From assembly GCA_964387625.1 (NCBI GenBank), contig CAYLWN010000001.1, positions 35,560-99,559 of the forward strand: 64,000 nucleotides of DNA, given 5' to 3'. The DNA is from an uncultured Gammaproteobacteria bacterium. Its GTDB lineage: Bacteria > Patescibacteriota > Microgenomatia > UBA10105. Under the pieces are notes generated by a model, which saw only the letters and a program-made list of their open reading frames with translations, was not told where the DNA came from and did no database searches. The translations under genes were made by a program, and so were the position numbers. Every line of letters begins with the position of its first letter. Positions within the stretch are counted from its first letter, which is position 1. Below, one piece after another: positions 48,975-59,190 of this stretch.

Positions 48975-50198
48975 ATGAAGAAAAAAATAAAAAAGCAAAT
49001 ATTGATTATAGGTGGAGGATACTGTGGTTGTAGTATTGCCAGAATACTGTCAGACAGAGGATTTGAAGTCAAAATTTTTGAACAAACAAGTCGGATCGGG
49101 GGCATGGCAATTTCATATTATAAAGAGGGCATGGTTTTTGAACTTGGGCCACATGTTATAGCAAATCATGCTTCCAATCAGCTTTCAATGGAGTTTTTAA
49201 AAAAGTATATTAAACTAAATCCGACAGTAATTCATTCAGCAACTTACATTCAAAATAAATATTTAAATTATCCACCGCTTTATCAAGATATTAAACACTT
49301 AAAACAAAACCACAAAATATTTAAAGAACTACTGAATTTACCAAGTAAGCCAGATATTAAAAATTTTGAAACTTACTTGATATCTAAAGTAGGGATATCT
49401 CTATATAAAATATACTTTAAAAGTTTCACCAAAAAATTCTGGAAAATAAATCCCAGATTATTGAGTCATAAATGGGCAAAACTAAGACATCTAGGAAGCA
49501 GTTTATCTGAAAAACAAATGTATTTTAATAACAAATTCTGCAGCTATCCTAAATTGGATTTTAACGAATTATTTGTTAATTTATCAAAAAATATCAATAT
49601 TTTATTCAATCATAAAATAACAAAAATTGATTTTAAAAATTCTACAATTGAGACATCAACGGGACAAAAATTTACAGGAGACCTGATTATTAGTACTATT
49701 AGTATTGATGAATTATTACGATTTAGATTTAATAAATTAGCTTACCGTGGTTATAGTATCAAACCGGTAATAATCCACAAAAGTTATTTTCATCCAATAG
49801 ACAGTAAAACTCACAAGCATTTTGGAATTGTTTATTATCCTGAAAATAATTACACCCATACAAGAATTACGGAATATAAATCATACAATCAAAAACACAA
49901 TACACCGGCGTTTATAAATCGAACCTTAATAACTGTTGAAACACCCTCCAAAATTAAAAAGTATTATCCTATTATGAATGACGAAAATGAAGATATATTT
50001 AAAAAAAATATTAGATTAATATCCGATTATAATCGAGTTGTTAGTTTAGGCAGATTAGGTCTGTATAAATACATGACACTAGACACCACCACGGAACAAA
50101 TATTTAGATTTTTAAAATATTTTGATAAGTGGACAGAAATTTCAAGTAGGGAAAGAGAAGCTGCTTATATGATTATTCGTGGAAGTTGGGATAATTAA
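48975..50198 (+). CDS. glf: UDP-galactopyranose mutase (Glf), FAD-dependent
   Basis: 'ILIIGGGYCGCSIARIL...IGG' FAD motif. 'FTKKFWK' parallels 'YTEKQWG', 'THTRITEYKSY' parallels 'YTRIIEHKHF', and 'YYPIMNDEN..IFKKNI.L....VVSLGRLGLYKYMTLD' parallels the Glf C-terminus. Confidence 0.6.
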   Translation: MKKKIKKQILIIGGGYCGCSIARILSDRGFEVKIFEQTSRIGGMAISYYKEGMVFELGPHVIANHASNQLSMEFLKKYIKLNPTVIHSATYIQNKYLNYPPLYQDIKHLKQNHKIFKELLNLPSKPDIKNFETYLISKVGISLYKIYFKSFTKKFWKINPRLLSHKWAKLRHLGSSLSEKQMYFNNKFCSYPKLDFNELFVNLSKNINILFNHKITKIDFKNSTIETSTGQKFTGDLIISTISIDELLRFRFNKLAYRGYSIKPVIIHKSYFHPIDSKTHKHFGIVYYPENNYTHTRITEYKSYNQKHNTPAFINRTLITVETPSKIKKYYPIMNDENEDIFKKNIRLISDYNRVVSLGRLGLYKYMTLDTTTEQIFRFLKYFDKWTEISSREREAAYMIIRGSWDN

Positions 50199-51826
50199 AT
50201 AAATAAGATATGACTTCTAATAATTAAATAAGTTGAAGCCATATACTGATTGCATATTTTAGCTTGTTTTATAAGTTGTTGATAAATATAATTATAAACA
50301 GTATTTTTAATTTTTAAATATTCAGATAAATATATAGAATTAATGTAAAATTTATCTATAATTAACATTTTTTCAGAAGCAGAACGCAAATAATCAAAAA
50401 ATCCTAATCTGCAATAATTTGACATATTAACGTTGGTAACAGTTTTATTTAGATATTTATAAGGAAAGGTGTCTCCTAATTTTAAAAGTAATTCTAGCAT
50501 ATTGTTAAATTTGACAGTATTATTTATTGATAAATTTTTAACTTTTAAATGCTTTGTTTGTATAAAAGCAGTATAAAAATTTAGATTAAGAATAGACTTT
50601 ATAAAGTATTCTAAATCTAAGGACTGATCATGATATTTATTTGATACTGTTTTTGATTTTATATCATTTATTCCATAAATAACCGCCACATTAGAATGTT
50701 TTAAAAATGTTTTAACTACTAAATGGCATGCTTTTTGATACATTTGATCATTTTGATCAAAGATAACACATATATCTCCGGATATTTTTCTTAGCGCAGC
50801 ATTAATATAATCTATTATATTTTCTGATTGGCATTTTATAATAATCTGCTTAAGTTGAACATTATTTTTAATTATTTTTTTTATATTTTTTATATTTTTG
50901 ACTTGAGTGATAACTATTAGTTCAATATTTGAATAATTTTGATTATTAATGCTTTGTAGACAGGTAATTAGATTATTGGTAATGTTTAATATGGGTAAAA
51001 TAATTGAGATTACAGGTTTTTGGGGTAATGGGTTGTAAATATTTGCATACATTTGTTTTTCCCACAAGTGTAATCCCATATAAGCACATTGTTGGCTATT
51101 CTTTACAGATGGAGATGTTAATTTGTTATTCAATACTTTATTGATTATTTTTTCTTTTTCTTTAACCAATTTGTTTATATTTGAAAATTGTTTACTTCCT
51201 GAATTAGCATGCCATCTATATCTTGCTACATAACCGGGAACATGTTTTATTTTAAATTTTTGTCCTATTCTTATCCACAGTTCAAAATCCATGGCTTTTT
51301 TTATTTTTGGATTATAATATAAACCAACTTGTTCAAAATAACTTTTTTTGATAAATGCAGCTTGTTCGGGGATAACTAATTTTGAACATAGTAATTTCTG
51401 AAAACTATAGTCCGGAGGAATAAACTTATCAATAATTTTATTATTTTCATCAATAACGTATTCATCACCATATATCACTGCATAATTAGGATATTTAATA
51501 AAATTGTCATAAGCCCATTTGCAGGCTGAAGGGTTTAATAGATCATCGCTGTTTAAATTTAACTGAATTTCTCCCTTTGTGTGTTTTAATAAATTATTTA
51601 ATGCAGCTGTATGACCTAGATGTTTTTGTTTAAAATAGCGGATTTTCCCGGGATACTTATTAGCATAATTTTGAATAATTTCTTGACTTTTATCGGTTGA
51701 CCCGTCATCGATAATTAAATGCTCAATGTTAGGATAATTTTGTTTAAGAACACTTTCAATACAGCCCCTGAGAAATTTTTCCATGTTAAAATTAGGAGTA
51801 ATAATCGATATTAACGGGGGTGTCAT
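50195..51826 (-). CDS. two-domain GT2 glycosyltransferase (tandem GT-A domains)
   Basis: The first domain reads 'ISIITPNFNMEKFLRGCIESVLKQNY...DDGSTDKS...LNSDDLL'. The second reads 'ISIILPILN...INNQNYSNIELIV'. 543 aa. Confidence 0.65.
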   Translation of the reverse strand: MTPPLISIITPNFNMEKFLRGCIESVLKQNYPNIEHLIIDDGSTDKSQEIIQNYANKYPGKIRYFKQKHLGHTAALNNLLKHTKGEIQLNLNSDDLLNPSACKWAYDNFIKYPNYAVIYGDEYVIDENNKIIDKFIPPDYSFQKLLCSKLVIPEQAAFIKKSYFEQVGLYYNPKIKKAMDFELWIRIGQKFKIKHVPGYVARYRWHANSGSKQFSNINKLVKEKEKIINKVLNNKLTSPSVKNSQQCAYMGLHLWEKQMYANIYNPLPQKPVISIILPILNITNNLITCLQSINNQNYSNIELIVITQVKNIKNIKKIIKNNVQLKQIIIKCQSENIIDYINAALRKISGDICVIFDQNDQMYQKACHLVVKTFLKHSNVAVIYGINDIKSKTVSNKYHDQSLDLEYFIKSILNLNFYTAFIQTKHLKVKNLSINNTVKFNNMLELLLKLGDTFPYKYLNKTVTNVNMSNYCRLGFFDYLRSASEKMLIIDKFYINSIYLSEYLKIKNTVYNYIYQQLIKQAKICNQYMASTYLIIRSHILFI

Positions 51827-51827
51827 G

Positions 51828-52592
51828 TTAATTATTGTCTAAATAAATTTTTATAATTTTTTCCGCATCTCCTTGTGCTACAATTCTTCCCTTTTTAATT
51901 AGATATACCTTCTTACACAATCTTTTGATGAAATCCATATTGTGACTTATAAAAATAATAGTTCTTTTTTTTTCACTACAAATTTCTTCCATTTTCTTAA
52001 GTGATGCTTCTTGAAATTTATTATCTCCAACGGCAAAAACTTCATCAACTAAAAGAATATCTGGCTCAAGTTGTATGGTGACTGAAAAAGCCAAACGGAT
52101 ATACATACCTGATGAGTAATATTTAACGGGAATATCAATAAATTTTTTTACTCCTGAAAAGTTAACAATTTCAGTAAATTGTTTATCGATTTTTACTTTG
52201 GGAATACCTAAAATAGCTCCTGCTAAATACACGTTTTCTCTACCCGTTAATTCTCCTCTAAACCCGGCACCAACTTCTAATAAGCTACCTATTGTACCCC
52301 GAAGAATAATTTTTCCACTAGTTGGAGTAATAATATTTGCTAAGATTTTTAGTAAAGTAGATTTACCTGCTCCATTAGGCCCAATAACACCGATAGTTTC
52401 ACCTTGATAAATATTGAATGAAATATTTTTTAATGCCCAAAAATTTTCTTTTTGAGGAATAAATTGTACATTTCTAGTTATAACACTTCTTATAAATTTT
52501 TCCATCTCTTCACGAAGACTCAATTTTGGCTGAATTTTCGTCAAAACGTATTTTTTTGACAGTTTTAGACATTCAATAATAGGTTGATTCAT
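51828..52592 (-). CDS. ABC transporter ATP-binding protein, Wzt/TagH-like (polysaccharide export)
   Basis: Walker A 'GPNGAGKSTLLK', signature 'YSSGMYIRLAF', Walker B 'ILLVDEVFAVGD'. No C-terminal carbohydrate-binding extension. Confidence 0.7.
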   Translation of the reverse strand: MNQPIIECLKLSKKYVLTKIQPKLSLREEMEKFIRSVITRNVQFIPQKENFWALKNISFNIYQGETIGVIGPNGAGKSTLLKILANIITPTSGKIILRGTIGSLLEVGAGFRGELTGRENVYLAGAILGIPKVKIDKQFTEIVNFSGVKKFIDIPVKYYSSGMYIRLAFSVTIQLEPDILLVDEVFAVGDNKFQEASLKKMEEICSEKKRTIIFISHNMDFIKRLCKKVYLIKKGRIVAQGDAEKIIKIYLDNN

Positions 52593-53401
52593 ACTATATC
52601 GCTAAAATATTTTTCTAATTTAATAAATATATAGATACCCACAACGAAAAATATTATTGAATATAATCCAATTAATAATAACCCTGGTATATCTATATTG
52701 AACGTATTTATTAATAGTGAATTTCTACTAACTTCTATGAGTCTTGTTAAGGGATTAAAATCAAAAATAGCTCTGTATTTACTTGGAACAAAATTTATAG
52801 GATATAAAATTGGTGTAATTAATAAAAGAATTTGTAAAAAAAAGGGGATTATAAATTTTATATCCCGATAGATAAGATTTAATGCAGAAAAAGCTGAACC
52901 AATTCCAATTGATATTAAAACTGTTAAGAATAAAATGATAGGCATGATGACTATACCTGCTGGATTAAATGAGTATCGATAATAGATTAATAATAAAATT
53001 AGCATTACTAAAGATATAAAAAAATCAACTATATTCACAAAAACTGAAGCAATTGGTAAGATAAGTTTAGGTAAATAAACTTTGGTGATAATGTCTCGAT
53101 TTGCAGATAAACATTCAGTTGCAGAAGTAACAGATTTAGAAAATAAGTTCCAATAAATTAATCCAGTATAAGTCAGTAGTGGATAGGGGATATTACTGAC
53201 AGTTTTTGTCATTTCTCCAAAAACTATATTCAGTATGATCATTGTTAAAAAAGGTTGTAAAATTATCCAAAAAATTCCAATAAAAGTTTGTTTATAACGA
53301 ATTTTTATATCACGCCATGCTAAAAAAAATATCAATTCACGATATTTCCAAAATGTAAATAGATTATAATTTATTGAATTGGGGGATATAACGATCTCCA
53401 T
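52589..53401 (-). CDS. ABC-2 type transporter permease, Wzm/TagG-like
   Basis: 270 aa, 6 TM helices. The N-terminal 'LAWRDIKIRYKQTFIGIFW' block is typical of Wzm/KpsM. ATGA-coupled to the ATPase gene. Confidence 0.6.
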   Translation of the reverse strand: MEIVISPNSINYNLFTFWKYRELIFFLAWRDIKIRYKQTFIGIFWIILQPFLTMIILNIVFGEMTKTVSNIPYPLLTYTGLIYWNLFSKSVTSATECLSANRDIITKVYLPKLILPIASVFVNIVDFFISLVMLILLLIYYRYSFNPAGIVIMPIILFLTVLISIGIGSAFSALNLIYRDIKFIIPFFLQILLLITPILYPINFVPSKYRAIFDFNPLTRLIEVSRNSLLINTFNIDIPGLLLIGLYSIIFFVVGIYIFIKLEKYFSDIV

Positions 53402-53407
53402 ACAAAA

Positions 53408-54604
53408 TTATTTTTTATAGAAGCTTACGATTTTTAAAACAGCATTGATTACGTCAATAATATCTTTATTTGTCATGGCAGGGGATAAAGGGAGAGATAT
53501 TGATCTACTGCCTACAAATTCTGCATTAGGAAAGTCACCTAATTTATATTTATAAGTTTCCCTGTAGTATTTATGTAAGTGCAGTGGCGTAAAGTGTACT
53601 CCACTGCCGATTCCCTCTTTACTTAATGCATTGATAAATGTATCTCTGGAAATTTTCAATTTCTCAATTTTTAGTAAAATTGCATATAAATGTCTGGCGT
53701 GTGTTGTGTTATTTTCTTCCGGGGCAGGCAATATAAGTTCCGGCACATCCTTGAAAGCCTTATTATATATATCCCAATACTTTTGTCTGATTTTAAAATT
53801 TTGTTTAACTTGAGCTAATTGATGAATGCCCAATGATGCTACTAAGTCCATCATATTATATTTATATCCGGGATAAAGTGTTTCATAAGGAGAATATCCA
53901 TCTTTGGAATATCTTTTCCAAGCATCTTTTGATATACCATGTAAACTTCTGATGCGAGCTTCCTGCGCCCAAATGGAGTTATTTGTGGTTAACATACCGC
54001 CTTCACCAGTCATGATATTTTTGGTGACGTAAAATGAAAAAGCTGTGAAATCAGATATAGTGCCAATCTTTTTACTTCTATATATGCTTTCAGCTGCATG
54101 TGCAGCATCTTCTATAACAAAAAGCTGATACTTTTTGGCAATTTGAGAAATTTTATCCATTTGACAAGGTCTGCCGTGTAAATGAACAGGAATTATAGCT
54201 TTGGTTTTTTTAGTAATTTTTTTCTCAATTTGTTTATAATCGATATTCCAGGAATTTATATCAATATCGACAAAAACAGGTTTTGCCTGATGATGGACAA
54301 TGACGTTAGCAGTTGATGCAAATGTAAGAGGTGTGGTAATAACCTCATCGCCTTCCTTTATACCCAACACATCTAAAGCTAAATGCAGTCCTGCAGTACA
54401 GGAATTTAGAGCAACGGCATATTTGCAGCCAATAAATTTTTTAAAATTATCTTCAAATATTTTTGTTTTTGGACCGGTTCCTAACCAACCGGATTTAAGA
54501 GTTTTTACAACTTCATTAATTTCTTTATTGGTTATTTTTGGTTTTCCAAAAACCAGGAAATTTTTTCTTACAGATTTTCCGCCTGCTATTGCTGGTTGAA
54601 TCAT
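53408..54604 (-). CDS. DegT/DnrJ/EryC1/StrS family PLP-dependent sugar aminotransferase
   Basis: 'FLVFGKPKITNKEINEV', 'SFYVTKNIMTGEGG' with the PLP Lys, 'GYKYNMMDLVASLG'. Confidence 0.7.
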   Translation of the reverse strand: MIQPAIAGGKSVRKNFLVFGKPKITNKEINEVVKTLKSGWLGTGPKTKIFEDNFKKFIGCKYAVALNSCTAGLHLALDVLGIKEGDEVITTPLTFASTANVIVHHQAKPVFVDIDINSWNIDYKQIEKKITKKTKAIIPVHLHGRPCQMDKISQIAKKYQLFVIEDAAHAAESIYRSKKIGTISDFTAFSFYVTKNIMTGEGGMLTTNNSIWAQEARIRSLHGISKDAWKRYSKDGYSPYETLYPGYKYNMMDLVASLGIHQLAQVKQNFKIRQKYWDIYNKAFKDVPELILPAPEENNTTHARHLYAILLKIEKLKISRDTFINALSKEGIGSGVHFTPLHLHKYYRETYKYKLGDFPNAEFVGSRSISLPLSPAMTNKDIIDVINAVLKIVSFYKK

Positions 54605-54665
54605 ATGACGAAGTATAACATGTTAAGAAAGTAATTTAAAAAAATATTATTGGTATAATAAGACG

Positions 54666-56723
54666 ATGAAAAAAATTATCAATAAAAATTTTAAAACATT
54701 ATTACCTGTTATAAACGCAATACTAATAGGTTTACAGTGGATGATTGCGGCTTTTCTGATAGTTGGTTTACATCCCAGACCCAGACAGTTGGATTTGTTA
54801 ACTGATTTAGGCAAGTACTGGTATAGACCGGAATATGATTTATTAATTTATATATGCGGTTGTTTTGTTGTTTTATTGTTAATTTTTATTTTTACCCGGA
54901 TAGAGCAAAAACTGCATTTTACGTACAGTTTATTATCATGTGTAATACAATTAATACTAGTTGTGTTTTTTAAAAATTTTATTTTAGACTTCTGGAAACA
55001 ACCTGTTAATTATAACTTAAAAGTTCTGCTGACCATGATCTGGGCATTTATCTTAGTTTTTCCAAGTATGTTAGCTGTATATTTTTCCGTGAAAAATACC
55101 AGATGGAAATTTCCATTCAGCTCGAGACTAAATATGAATCTTATTGACCTGATTTTTCCGCTACTTATCATATTATTAATTTATATTCCGGATATGAAAA
55201 ACCTGTCTGGAAAAATATATTTAAATGATCAATTTTTACATTGGAATTCATTTGCAATCAGACCGGCATTAGGTTTTAGACACGGTTTGACGTTGGGTAA
55301 AGAGATGTTTGTTCAGTACGGTTTGGGATGGCCGGTTGTTATGTCTCTTCTAAATCCTCCCGATTTGACATATAGCAGCATGATCCATGTCGGAATTATT
55401 TATGCAGGAATTTATTATATTGGATTATATATTTTATTGCGTTTATTAACCAGGGATATATTTTGGTCTATCACAGGCACATGTTTGACGCTTTTGTTTC
55501 AATTTTTTACCCGAAATTTTCCTTTACCTTTTTTTTGGGAAACTCCTTCTTCAACAATTCTTAGAATGCCGTTTGACGTTTGGTTTTTTAGCGCTGTTGT
55601 TTTGGCAATAAATTCAGGATTTACGTTTTGGAAAATTGTAGCAGCTATTTTTACCGGTTTAGCAATTTTATTTGAATTTGATACGGGAATTTATCTGGCA
55701 TTTACCTTTGGTTTTTATTTGGTTGTTCCCATAATCAACGCAGTTATAAATAAAAAATATCAAACAGTTAAAAAAGAAATTTATATTTCTTTATTATGTA
55801 TTTTTACAGTTTGCATAATTTTATTTGGTAGCATGGCATTTGTTGTAAAAGTTTCGGTATTAGATATTAAATATTGGTCGGTACTGATTGAAGGAATTAA
55901 GGAGTACGGTGGGGGTATTACTAGTTTACCTCTTGCCACTCTCAGATCGAACAGCTCTTTAATTGTGTTTGAGTTAATTATTGGTATGTATTTATTCGTG
56001 GTAGGTAATTGGTTGATAAAATTTTTGAATAAAAAATCGCATTCAGAAGATATGTTCGTAGCAGGATTAGGTTTTTATGGTTTGGTAATGCTTTTAATCT
56101 TTATTGGCAGATCACATATATTAAATTTAATGTATCCAACTGTGCCGTTTTGGATTTTATTTACCTGGGTAGTAGTAAAGATTTATAAGTTAATGTCTGT
56201 TCACTACAAGCAAATACAATCATATATACCAGCAATATCAGTTATAACTGTAGGAATACTATTATTGACTAATCCGGCTTATCAAAATTACTCCAATATA
56301 TTAAACTCGTATTTTAAAGGAAGTGATAAAAATGAAATATGCTTGTTTCAAGATCATAATGATGTTTGCGGATTGCCGGAAACAGAAAGAAAAACAGCCA
56401 TTGATTTTACAGATATTACTACGAAAATGAAAACATGGCAATCACAAGGAAAAACAGTAGCAGTTTTTGATGACTATGATACAAGATATTATCTTGCTAT
56501 TAATAGTTATCCTAAGTTTAGGTACACGCCATATGATATTTTTACTAAAAAACAACTGGAATATATTAGTCAACAAATTATTAATAAACAACCAGATTAT
56601 ATTCTGATCAGAAAAGACGCTCCAAAAAATGATATTATGACAGAAACACAGGGATTAATAAATAGTTATTATCAGCAGGAGAAAGACTTGAGTATTTTCA
56701 ATGTTTGGCAAAAGAATAATTAG
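54666..56723 (+). CDS. large polytopic membrane protein with C-terminal soluble domain (GT-C-like candidate)
   Basis: 685 aa, about 14 or more TM helices. The first loop carries an acidic stretch 'DLLTDLGKYWYRPEYD'. The C-terminal roughly 150 aa are hydrophilic. Confidence 0.35.
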   Translation: MKKIINKNFKTLLPVINAILIGLQWMIAAFLIVGLHPRPRQLDLLTDLGKYWYRPEYDLLIYICGCFVVLLLIFIFTRIEQKLHFTYSLLSCVIQLILVVFFKNFILDFWKQPVNYNLKVLLTMIWAFILVFPSMLAVYFSVKNTRWKFPFSSRLNMNLIDLIFPLLIILLIYIPDMKNLSGKIYLNDQFLHWNSFAIRPALGFRHGLTLGKEMFVQYGLGWPVVMSLLNPPDLTYSSMIHVGIIYAGIYYIGLYILLRLLTRDIFWSITGTCLTLLFQFFTRNFPLPFFWETPSSTILRMPFDVWFFSAVVLAINSGFTFWKIVAAIFTGLAILFEFDTGIYLAFTFGFYLVVPIINAVINKKYQTVKKEIYISLLCIFTVCIILFGSMAFVVKVSVLDIKYWSVLIEGIKEYGGGITSLPLATLRSNSSLIVFELIIGMYLFVVGNWLIKFLNKKSHSEDMFVAGLGFYGLVMLLIFIGRSHILNLMYPTVPFWILFTWVVVKIYKLMSVHYKQIQSYIPAISVITVGILLLTNPAYQNYSNILNSYFKGSDKNEICLFQDHNDVCGLPETERKTAIDFTDITTKMKTWQSQGKTVAVFDDYDTRYYLAINSYPKFRYTPYDIFTKKQLEYISQQIINKQPDYILIRKDAPKNDIMTETQGLINSYYQQEKDLSIFNVWQKNN

Positions 56724-56766
56724 CAGTTAACGCGAATAAGAGTGGTAGTGATAATCTCATCATCTT

Positions 56767-57972
56767 ATGCCAGTTTTAATATTTTCTATTTTTATATTTA
56801 TTTTGTTTTTTAAAAGTTTATTTGTTTATTTTGTACAGGATGATTTCTATTTTTTAGCTATCACAAGAATTCATACTTTTTCGCAATTTTTTTCATTGTT
56901 TATTCCTGATCCTAATAATGTTTGGTATCGGCCTTTATCTTCACCGGTATTTTTTTATTTATTAAAATTATTGTTTGGTTATAATCCATTTGGATTTCAT
57001 CTGATAGTTTTTGTTACACATGTATTTACCATATGGTTACTTTATTTTTTCATAAAAACGATTTTAAAAAATAATTTAATTGCATTATTATCAGGATTAT
57101 TTTATGGCATTCATCAATTGCATACAGTATCTCTTTCATGGCTCGCAACATACCCATTTATATTAGGGCCGACAATGCTGTTATTAACGTTAATATTTTT
57201 TTATAAACAAAAAATATATTTATCATTACTTTTTTTTATATTCGGATTATTATCTTGGGAAATTATTGTTATCGTACCGATAATTTTAATACTCTTTACA
57301 ATTCTTATAGAAAAGCAAAAAAAGTTTCTCAGAATAACTCCATTTATATGTTTATCAGTGTTATTGGTCATTGTTAGATTAGTTATTTTTAAAACTGAAG
57401 TTAAAACAAATCTTTATAGCATACAATTTTCCTGGGAAATAATAAGTTTGTTTAAATTCTATTTATTGAGACTAGTGGGTTTACCTATGTTGATAACAGA
57501 AATGCCAAATGTAGAAAAAATTATTACTTTATTGCTTTCAGGATTTTTTACAATAATTACAATTTATGGATTCTATTTATCTTATATTAAACGGCATTTA
57601 CAAAAAAGAATTGTGCTATTTTTATTATTACTAATGATTATTGGTATTGGTCCCTTCTTATTTTTACCGAACCATATAGCTCCGCATTATTTATCTGTAG
57701 CTCTTATAGGTTATGCTATTTTATCTGCATACGGTATTTATGAAGTCATACTTAATATAAAACATAAAAAGATAATTTCTACGATAATAATATTGATTTT
57801 TGTAATAAATCAATACATTGGAATAGATTGGACTTATAAAACACATTGGATATTTCAAAGAGCTGTTTTAGCCAAAAAATTAATAGAAAATAATCAATTA
57901 ATTCAAAAAATTGGAACCGAAGAATATTTTTCTTTAGGCGGAGAAAACGGTTATACTGCTTTGCATAAATGA
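56767..57972 (+). CDS. PMT/ArnT-like GT-C membrane glycosyltransferase candidate
   Basis: The N-terminus 'FVYFVQDDFYFLAI' resembles the PMT loop-1 'VVFDEVHF' motif. 401 aa, about 11 TM helices. Confidence 0.4.
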   Translation: MPVLIFSIFIFILFFKSLFVYFVQDDFYFLAITRIHTFSQFFSLFIPDPNNVWYRPLSSPVFFYLLKLLFGYNPFGFHLIVFVTHVFTIWLLYFFIKTILKNNLIALLSGLFYGIHQLHTVSLSWLATYPFILGPTMLLLTLIFFYKQKIYLSLLFFIFGLLSWEIIVIVPIILILFTILIEKQKKFLRITPFICLSVLLVIVRLVIFKTEVKTNLYSIQFSWEIISLFKFYLLRLVGLPMLITEMPNVEKIITLLLSGFFTIITIYGFYLSYIKRHLQKRIVLFLLLLMIIGIGPFLFLPNHIAPHYLSVALIGYAILSAYGIYEVILNIKHKKIISTIIILIFVINQYIGIDWTYKTHWIFQRAVLAKKLIENNQLIQKIGTEEYFSLGGENGYTALHK

Positions 57973-59138
57973 AATCATTGAATATTTTTATAATTAAAAA
58001 TGCATACTTATTTATTTTAATAATTATTGCCACATTAATGTTTTTTCTTGTTTTAGGCAATAAATCTCCCTATTTTTCTTCGGACTCTTATCTTTATAAA
58101 CATTTTTATTATCAGTTTAAAGGGCATTCATTCGATGAATCACGTAATAAAATTCTTAATGAAATTAATGTAACTAATTTTGATGAAGCCACCAAAAATA
58201 TCTTATTAAATGATGAAACATATAGTATAAGTTTAAATTTAGTTAATCGAAGGGTATTTTATCCTTATGTTTCTTTTCTATTAAGTAATTTTATGCAAAA
58301 TGACTATAATAATTTATTAATTCCAGTGTATTTTTCATACATAGGAGTAATTATTATGATTTATGTTTTGATTAAATCTAATAAACCGGTTTTATTTTCT
58401 TTTGGTTCTGCTTTATTATTTTTAAGCTTTTACCCATTTATCTATTGGTCAACATATTTTTTGACTTATACAATTGGGACTTTTTTTTGGATGTTTAACG
58501 TATTTGCAGCTTATAAATATTTGAGGGAAAAATGCAATAAATGGCTAGTTTTATATATTTTTAGTCTGATTTTGTCATTAACTAATCGTGAGACCAGTAT
58601 TTTACTACTGCCTTTTTTAATGTTTGTAAAAATATTTTGTTTATTTAGACCTAATCTTAAACAAACAAAAATACAATTAAATAAGCTATTGTTTTCTACC
58701 ATTTTAATTATTGCAGGCTTTTTCATGTTTATATTTCTATTTAAACAGAAAAATATTATTGACGCTATTGTTTATAACCAAAATAATTTTGGTTTATATA
58801 ACAAACCAAGATCATTAATAGATGTTATATCATTTTGGTTTAATTCAGTAATTTATGTTCATCAGGGTATACTCAATGATTTACTGAAACACAAATATTG
58901 GGGGACAATTTTATTATTAACTTTATTAAATATATTTTTTAGAAAAATAAAGAAAATAGATCAATTGGAAATCATTTTAATCAGTTCCGCCTTTGCATCA
59001 TATTGTGGATTACTGATTTATCCGATATTAAGTTACAGATATTTTTTTCCAATCGTAGCAAGCTTAAGCTATTTTTATTGGGATTTAATCAGTTTTTACT
59101 TAAATAAATTAACGATATTTATCAAAAAAAATAACTAA
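57969..59138 (+). CDS. polytopic membrane protein (GT-C/polymerase-like candidate)
   Basis: 389 aa, multi-TM. ATGA-coupled to the upstream gene. First loop reads 'SPYFSSDSYLYKHFYY'. Confidence 0.35.
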   Translation: MKSLNIFIIKNAYLFILIIIATLMFFLVLGNKSPYFSSDSYLYKHFYYQFKGHSFDESRNKILNEINVTNFDEATKNILLNDETYSISLNLVNRRVFYPYVSFLLSNFMQNDYNNLLIPVYFSYIGVIIMIYVLIKSNKPVLFSFGSALLFLSFYPFIYWSTYFLTYTIGTFFWMFNVFAAYKYLREKCNKWLVLYIFSLILSLTNRETSILLLPFLMFVKIFCLFRPNLKQTKIQLNKLLFSTILIIAGFFMFIFLFKQKNIIDAIVYNQNNFGLYNKPRSLIDVISFWFNSVIYVHQGILNDLLKHKYWGTILLLTLLNIFFRKIKKIDQLEIILISSAFASYCGLLIYPILSYRYFFPIVASLSYFYWDLISFYLNKLTIFIKKNN

Positions 59139-59190
59139 TTAATTTTTTTTGGTTTATTTAAACATCGGACCTTATAAATAATTAAATATA

